64,000 nt of DNA from Octopus vulgaris (taxonomy: Eukaryota), in NCBI GenBank assembly GCA_951406725.2, contig OX597821.1, forward strand, positions 36,518,001 through 36,582,000, read 5' to 3'. Of the stretch, positions 58,079 to 64,000 are shown one piece after another. The position numbers and the translations under genes are program-made. The notes under the pieces were generated by a model. It was given only the letters and a program-made list of their open reading frames with translations. It had not been told where the DNA came from and searched no databases. How positions within the stretch are numbered: position 1 is the stretch's first letter; every line of letters starts with the position of its first letter.

Positions 58079-58759
58079 GCTTGTATATGTATGTGTAAAT
58101 ACATACACATACATCTATGACAGCTTGACCGTCAGATTCGACAATGACTTAGTAACTGACAAAATAAGCAAAAGGTGTATGTATACACATACATATGCAT
58201 GTATACATTAGGTCACATGGAATATTAAATGGTTCGGTACATATGGCCATATATTCCATTCTTTAGAAATCTCCAAACAATATTTAGCACGCTTTAAAAT
58301 AGGATGGATATTTTTAAAAGCTGGGGCGACTGGAAAATGAAAAAGGTAATAAAAGTAGCCAAATATGTACTAAAAATTTCAGTTAGCAAGTCACTAAGTT
58401 AAGTTGTCAACCTATTTCGATTTATTGAAAGCAGTTCCTTCTACCATCTAAAACTATTTAGTTTTGACATGGGTAAACTATTTTACACAACGCTTTAGGG
58501 AGTAAAACAGTCAATTCTGTTGTTTGTACGATAAATAAATTTTCCCCTTAAATACATCTTGATATACAACATTAAGCAAAATATTTTTAAAATGTCATAA
58601 CTTTCCATATCATGCCACAGAAACTTATCATTTACCTTTTTGTTTATGTACGAGAAGATATTGGCCAAGATATTTCACCGAGATATTATGTCAATATTGC
58701 AGACAAAATTATTATATAAGAAACTCATTTGACATTTACTGACATTTATTTATTTTCCA

Positions 58760-59610
58760 TTATATGTCTATATATTTATTGATAGAGTAAATTTTAGATC
58801 TTAATTATTATATTTGTTGATAATAGTTTAGTTATTAATTTTAAATATTTTATAATTATTAGATATGAACTTAAATTTAAAAATATGAATAGTGATTATT
58901 TTGTTAAATAATTTTGTAATTAGGTATTGGACTATAACTGAGTTAACGATATTCGTGAGTTTATTATGCTTTTAAAGCCATATTATATCTTAATAAATAA
59001 CTACATTTTTCTATCTATTTTTTTACCATAAAAATTAATATTTAACATAATAAATGGGTTGTATGATATAATCCTAATGTTTTAAGTTTCTAATTTAGAT
59101 AATAGAGTTTTTTTATAAGAAAAATTATTATTTTATTTATTTATTTAAAAATATTGTTTAACTCTGTTTGCTTACTTATTTAACTATTACCATTAACCTG
59201 AAGATTGACTATAATTTGAATTCGAATTTTCAGTTGAATTAAACTTAATTGTAATTCGAATTGAATTATAAACATGAAAAGTACGTAGTGTTTTTACTTA
59301 TTATATTTAACTTTTTCATACTTTTTGGTTAGTCATATAAAAAAAACTAAAGTTTAAAAATGTAATAATTAAAAAATTAAAAAATATAAATTTAAAAATT
59401 TTAATAATTTAAATTTTACATTTTATATTTTATATATATATTATATATTATATTAATTATATTTATTTTTTTGTTTTTTATGTTTTGGCTTATGTCTATC
59501 CCTGTTTAAGTTACCTAATTTAATTTATATTTACACTGTGAAATTTGATTTAATCCTAAATCTAATTTTTCCCTGTAAGTTTGGATATACTCCCTAATAT
59601 AATTATTATA
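58760..59610 (+). mobile_element. very AT-rich PLE 3' region, relative of 52560-53078 (left limit uncertain)
   Basis: End 59540-59610 aligns with 53010-53078; contains an HHR motif. Confidence 0.65.
59194..59290 (+). ncRNA. degenerate hammerhead with long stem II
   Basis: AAC-CTGAAGA-...TATAATTTGAATTCGAATT.../...AATTCGAATTGAATTATA...-GAAA-AGTACG-TA-GTG. Confidence 0.6.
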
Positions 59611-59621
59611 CTTATATATAT

Positions 59622-59693
<72 letters not shown>

Positions 59694-59880
59694 TTTCAAA
59701 ATGTAACTACATGTGAATCGTCGGCGATTTTTTTACCTCCTTTTCTCTTGGACTTCCCTTCGTCTCCTGTTTCTGACGAAGAGATTCTTTCCCTCCCTGA
59801 GGGTCTGCTAATACTTTCCATGTGCCACATCCTCGCGATATTATTTTTTTCTTCTGCTTGTTCTTCGTATTTTAGAGATT

Positions 59881-59951
<71 letters not shown>

Positions 59952-59952
<1 letters not shown>

Positions 59953-60360
59953 TTTTATTCTTATGTACTTTTGTCTCTTTCAGTCGTGCGACTGCATCCA
60001 TGCTGGAGAACCGCCTTTTAGTCGAAAAATCGCCCCCAGGGCTTATTGTATGTAAACCTAGTACTTATTCTATCGATCGTTTTGCCCAAACTCTAAGTTA
60101 CAGGGACATAAACGCACCAACATCAGTTGTCGAGCGATGGTAGGTGGTGGGGACAAACACATACACAAAGGCACACACACATAAATACATACATATGTAT
60201 ATATGCTACGGGATTCTTTCAGTTTCCGTCTACCAAATCCACTCATAAGTCTCTGGTCGGCCGGAGGTTACTGTAGAAGAGACTTGCTCAAGGTGCCCCG
60301 CAATGGGACTGAACCCGAAACCATGTCGTTGGGAAGCAAGCTTCTTACCGCCATAGCCAT
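59952..60360 (-). mobile_element. degenerate SINE family B copy
   Basis: Diverged reverse complement of 49641-50093. Confidence 0.8.
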
Positions 60361-61010
60361 ATGTATGTATAATTATTTGCATGCAATGTATATATGCATC
60401 TTGTCTATACAGTGAAGAACGTATGTAAGATAAACGTGGCAAACGTGACCGAGGGAAAGACATAAAGGAACAGAGATACTAATATATTTTTTTCAAGGAG
60501 TAGGGGTAATATATTTCTCAGTTTGGGGGATGTTTTCGTCTTTTACTTTTGTGTTATTATTACGTTGTATGGTGTCATGTTCAATGATGTTGAACCGGAA
60601 AATAATTTATTCTGCATAAATTATATTTTATTCTTTTTCATATTTTTCCAGATCGTAAAGTATAGTTTAGCGACACATATATGACAAGTACTCCTGGCTG
60701 ACATTTGTCTCAAGTCTGATGCTGTTTGATTTACATCACTGTCTATCAACAACAACAACAACAACGACAGCAACAACAACAGCAACATCAACAAGAACAA
60801 TTATGATATACCTGTAAATACTGATATATTACTAGACTTGGAGAAGAAACCGACTTGTACCTCACGCCTTCTAGACACCAATTATGCGCAGCTACTCTAC
60901 ATCCGTCAACTGATTTTAGTACAAAGTCTACTCGTCAAAATTTCTGAAAATGTTTCATGGTAACCTCCCAGCCCACGAACACACGTGCATACATACACAT
61001 ATACACACAA

Positions 61011-61059
<49 letters not shown>

Positions 61060-61117
61060 CACGTGTGTATATGTATGTAAATATATATATATGCACATAT
61101 AAATGTATATGCAAACA

Positions 61118-61180
<63 letters not shown>

Positions 61181-61297
61181 TAATAAAAGGAATTCCAACC
61201 TTGTCTGATTTTCACGTTTTATTTACATTCTTATCATGATATAAGATAATATAATATAATAAAATAGAATAATAGAATGTTAAATGTTCATTCTGAT

Positions 61298-61342
61298 TGA
61301 ACTAGTACTTTCATGCATTAAATTCTGAAATCTTCAGGTTCA
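61298..61342 (-). ncRNA. type-I hammerhead (left arm)
   Basis: Reverse complement reads TGAAC-CTGAAGA-TTTCAGAATTTAATGCAT-GAAA-GTAC-TA-GTTCA. Confidence 0.7.
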
Positions 61343-61436
61343 TGTAGTAGTGGTGACAGTCATGCTTCACAATTTTTGACTGTCAATTTTTGACACAGTC
61401 AAAAATTATGAAGCATGACTGTCAACTACTACTACA

Positions 61437-61481
61437 TGAACCTGAAGATTGCAGAATTTAATCCATGAAAGTACTAGTTCA
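61437..61481 (+). ncRNA. type-I hammerhead (right arm)
   Basis: TGAAC-CTGAAGA-TTGCAGAATTTAATCCAT-GAAA-GTAC-TA-GTTCA. Confidence 0.7.
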
Positions 61482-61663
61482 ATCAGAATGAACATTTAAC
61501 ATTCTATTATTTTATTTTATTTTTTTATATTATATTATCTTATATCATTATAAGATTGTAAATAAAACATGAAAATCAGACAAGGTTGGAATTCCTTTTA
61601 TTAATATATTCTTCTATACACAATCACACACACCCGTGTATATATATATATATATATATAATA

Positions 61664-62365
61664 TGTCCATTCTTCAGATAAAACAGTCTCCAGTTCTTGT
61701 AGTGATGATGGTGGAGGATATCGACTCCTTGCCTGTTTTTCTAAAATGCACCATAAATGTTCAATAATATTGAGATCTGGGGACTGTGGTGGCTAGATAA
61801 GATGTTCAACTTCACTAGAATGTTCTTCGTGTCATTCAGTAACAACTTTTGCTATGGGAATTGGTGCATTATCATCCTGAAAGACTGCGTTTCTCTCCGG
61901 AAACAGGTCAGCAAACATAGGGCGAATTTGATCAGATAAAATGCTTAAATAGTTTTGACTATTAATTCACGTAAGAGTCCGACGGTCCCTATCTGTAAGT
62001 TTCGGTTTTCTTCCGGAGTTTTATTTCGACGATGTTTTTACCTCTTTCTCAAAGGCTGTCATTATTTTTGAGACAGCACTTCTTGATACACGAAACATTT
62101 CAGCTGTTTTCGTCACTCTAGCGCCTGCCATACGAGCACCAACAATTTGACCTCTTTGAAAGTCCGATAGATCTATCATTTTATTGAATTCGAATTACCC
62201 TTTTCTGATGATATCTGAAAAGAAAAACCAATTTAGCAAAACATATTCAGTAACACTGATAATGAATCAAAAAGCATAAAAATAAACAAGCGTTTGACGG
62301 TTTTATAAATATTTTAAAATTATGATGCTATGATGCTAGGTGTTTCCATTATTTTGTCCAACCCC

Positions 62366-62368
<3 letters not shown>
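61664..62368 (-). mobile_element. truncated, internally deleted copy of the 26360 Tc1 family
   Basis: Aligns to about 26507-26810 joined to 27226-27626; one TIR at 62338-62368. Confidence 0.9.
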
Positions 62369-62446
<78 letters not shown>

Positions 62447-62714
62447 GAAAGAAAGGGGCACTCAACACATTTAGTAAGGGTTACATATACAATATTTTAA
62501 AATAGTTTGATTCGTATCCAAGCAATTCCCACAGCTAAAGTTGTTACTGAATGACACGAAGAACATTCTAGTGAAGTTTGCTTGATTTCTGTAAGAAGCC
62601 TACTAAAATGCAAAGCCTAACGAAGTTGCAAAGGGGCGAAACAAACTATTTTAAATAATACGTAACTCTTACTAAATGTGTTGGTTGCCGCTTTTCTTTC
62701 TTCTGAGATCGGTG

Positions 62715-62810
62715 ATTGTGGTAGTGGTGATGATGAGTATAATGATGGCGGTGATGGCGGTGAGTATAATGATGAGTATAATGATGGCGGTGATGGTGAT
62801 GATGATGATG

Positions 62811-62841
<31 letters not shown>

Positions 62842-62990
62842 ACGTCGTCGTCATCATCAGCATCATCATCACCACACCACCACAACCACCACAACGATCA
62901 TCACTAATACTACCACCATCAACATCGTCATCTTCACCGTCGCCACCACCAGCACCACCACCATGATCTGATCGGGATCATGGTGGTCAT
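62715..62990. repeat. (GAT/GGT)n-(CAT/CAC)n quasi-palindromic trinucleotide tract
   Basis: Strand switch at GATGATCATC near 62811. Confidence 0.85.
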
Positions 62991-63386
62991 GATAATATTG
63001 TTGATAATTGCTTGTATGTATTTATTCTTTCTGTTGTGTATTTATTTTGTTTTCTTTACCACCCAAAAGATATTATCCGATAGCCTATCATTTGATATTC
63101 TGATACCACAAAAAGTGATAGGAGATACTCGAAAAGTAACATGAACATCTAGGAATGAAAACATTAACAATGACAAATATGAACCAAAAAAAAAAAAACT
63201 AAGCAGCAATAAAATGACGAGAACAGCCACGGCAAAAAAAAAATAATATCAATAACGAAAATAATAACAACAATAAAAACAACATCAGCCACAGTAAGTT
63301 AACTATTAATGTAAGAAAACGTAAGATTAGAAAAGTATATAGCCATGAACCTATCGGAATTAAAAGTTTCACGTGTGAGCGATTAG

Positions 63387-63485
<99 letters not shown>

Positions 63486-63531
63486 CACATACATATATAT
63501 GTATGTATGCATATACATATATATACATATC

Positions 63532-63575
<44 letters not shown>

Positions 63576-63642
63576 CATATATATGTATGTATGCATATAC
63601 ATATATATACATATCTATATACATATAGATATATGAGTATAC

Positions 63643-63704
<62 letters not shown>

Positions 63705-64000
63705 TTATACAGACACACGAACATATATACATATGTGTGTCTCTGTGTCTCTATATCATGATGCCTGTGTGTATAAAATGTAGATTCCAGTTCTAATCCA
63801 TATGATTTATTGCGTGAGACAGGAGAACAGAAGTGCATTTTTTGTCAAGCTGTAAAAATGACAAGAATATACCTGCCAAATGAAAACCAAATTGATTTTT
63901 ATTGGCTTTTTGACGCGTAATTTATAGGTAAAATTAACTTTTTGCATTCTAAAGAAGGCCGAGGACACATATATATATGTGTGTATTGTGTGTGTATGAA

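Larger units (their letters stand above)
61176..61638. mobile_element. ~430-bp palindromic PLE-like element with two opposed HHRs, in (TA)n
   Basis: Arms about 61176-61383/61395-61608, 11-nt spacer, right-side extension to 61638. Confidence 0.85.

Noticed and set aside
58200-59520. Possible mitochondrial insertion (extreme AT content)
   Set aside because: No mitochondrial gene, rRNA or tRNA was recognisable. The segment carries an HHR motif and ends in a PLE-type tail shared with 53010-53078.

Overview
AT-rich, microsatellite-dense eukaryotic non-coding DNA. The SINE families and simple-repeat load suggest an octopus or other coleoid cephalopod (inference). I could not support any host-gene exon, and almost all ORF-track entries are translated microsatellites. 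Recognisable content: four tRNA-head SINE families, Tc1/mariner relics (DD34E, DD34D, DD37D-like), a hAT-type MITE, a decayed Helitron (PIF1 helicase motifs plus a hairpin-CTAG end), an RTE relic and one 5'-truncated CR1-type LINE with an unbroken 504-aa RT frame. The main hidden signal is a set of Penelope-like elements (PLEs; GIY-YIG remnants of Naiad and Neptune type) and their short derivatives, lodged in (TA)n/(ACAT)n tracts. They carry about a dozen sequence-diverse minimal type-I hammerhead ribozyme (HHR) motifs: stem I - CUGANGA - stem II - GAAA - palindromic stem III - UH - stem I. Several sit in fold-back inverted repeats, including a ~430-bp palindrome with an HHR on each strand. 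All motifs were read by eye; none was tested.
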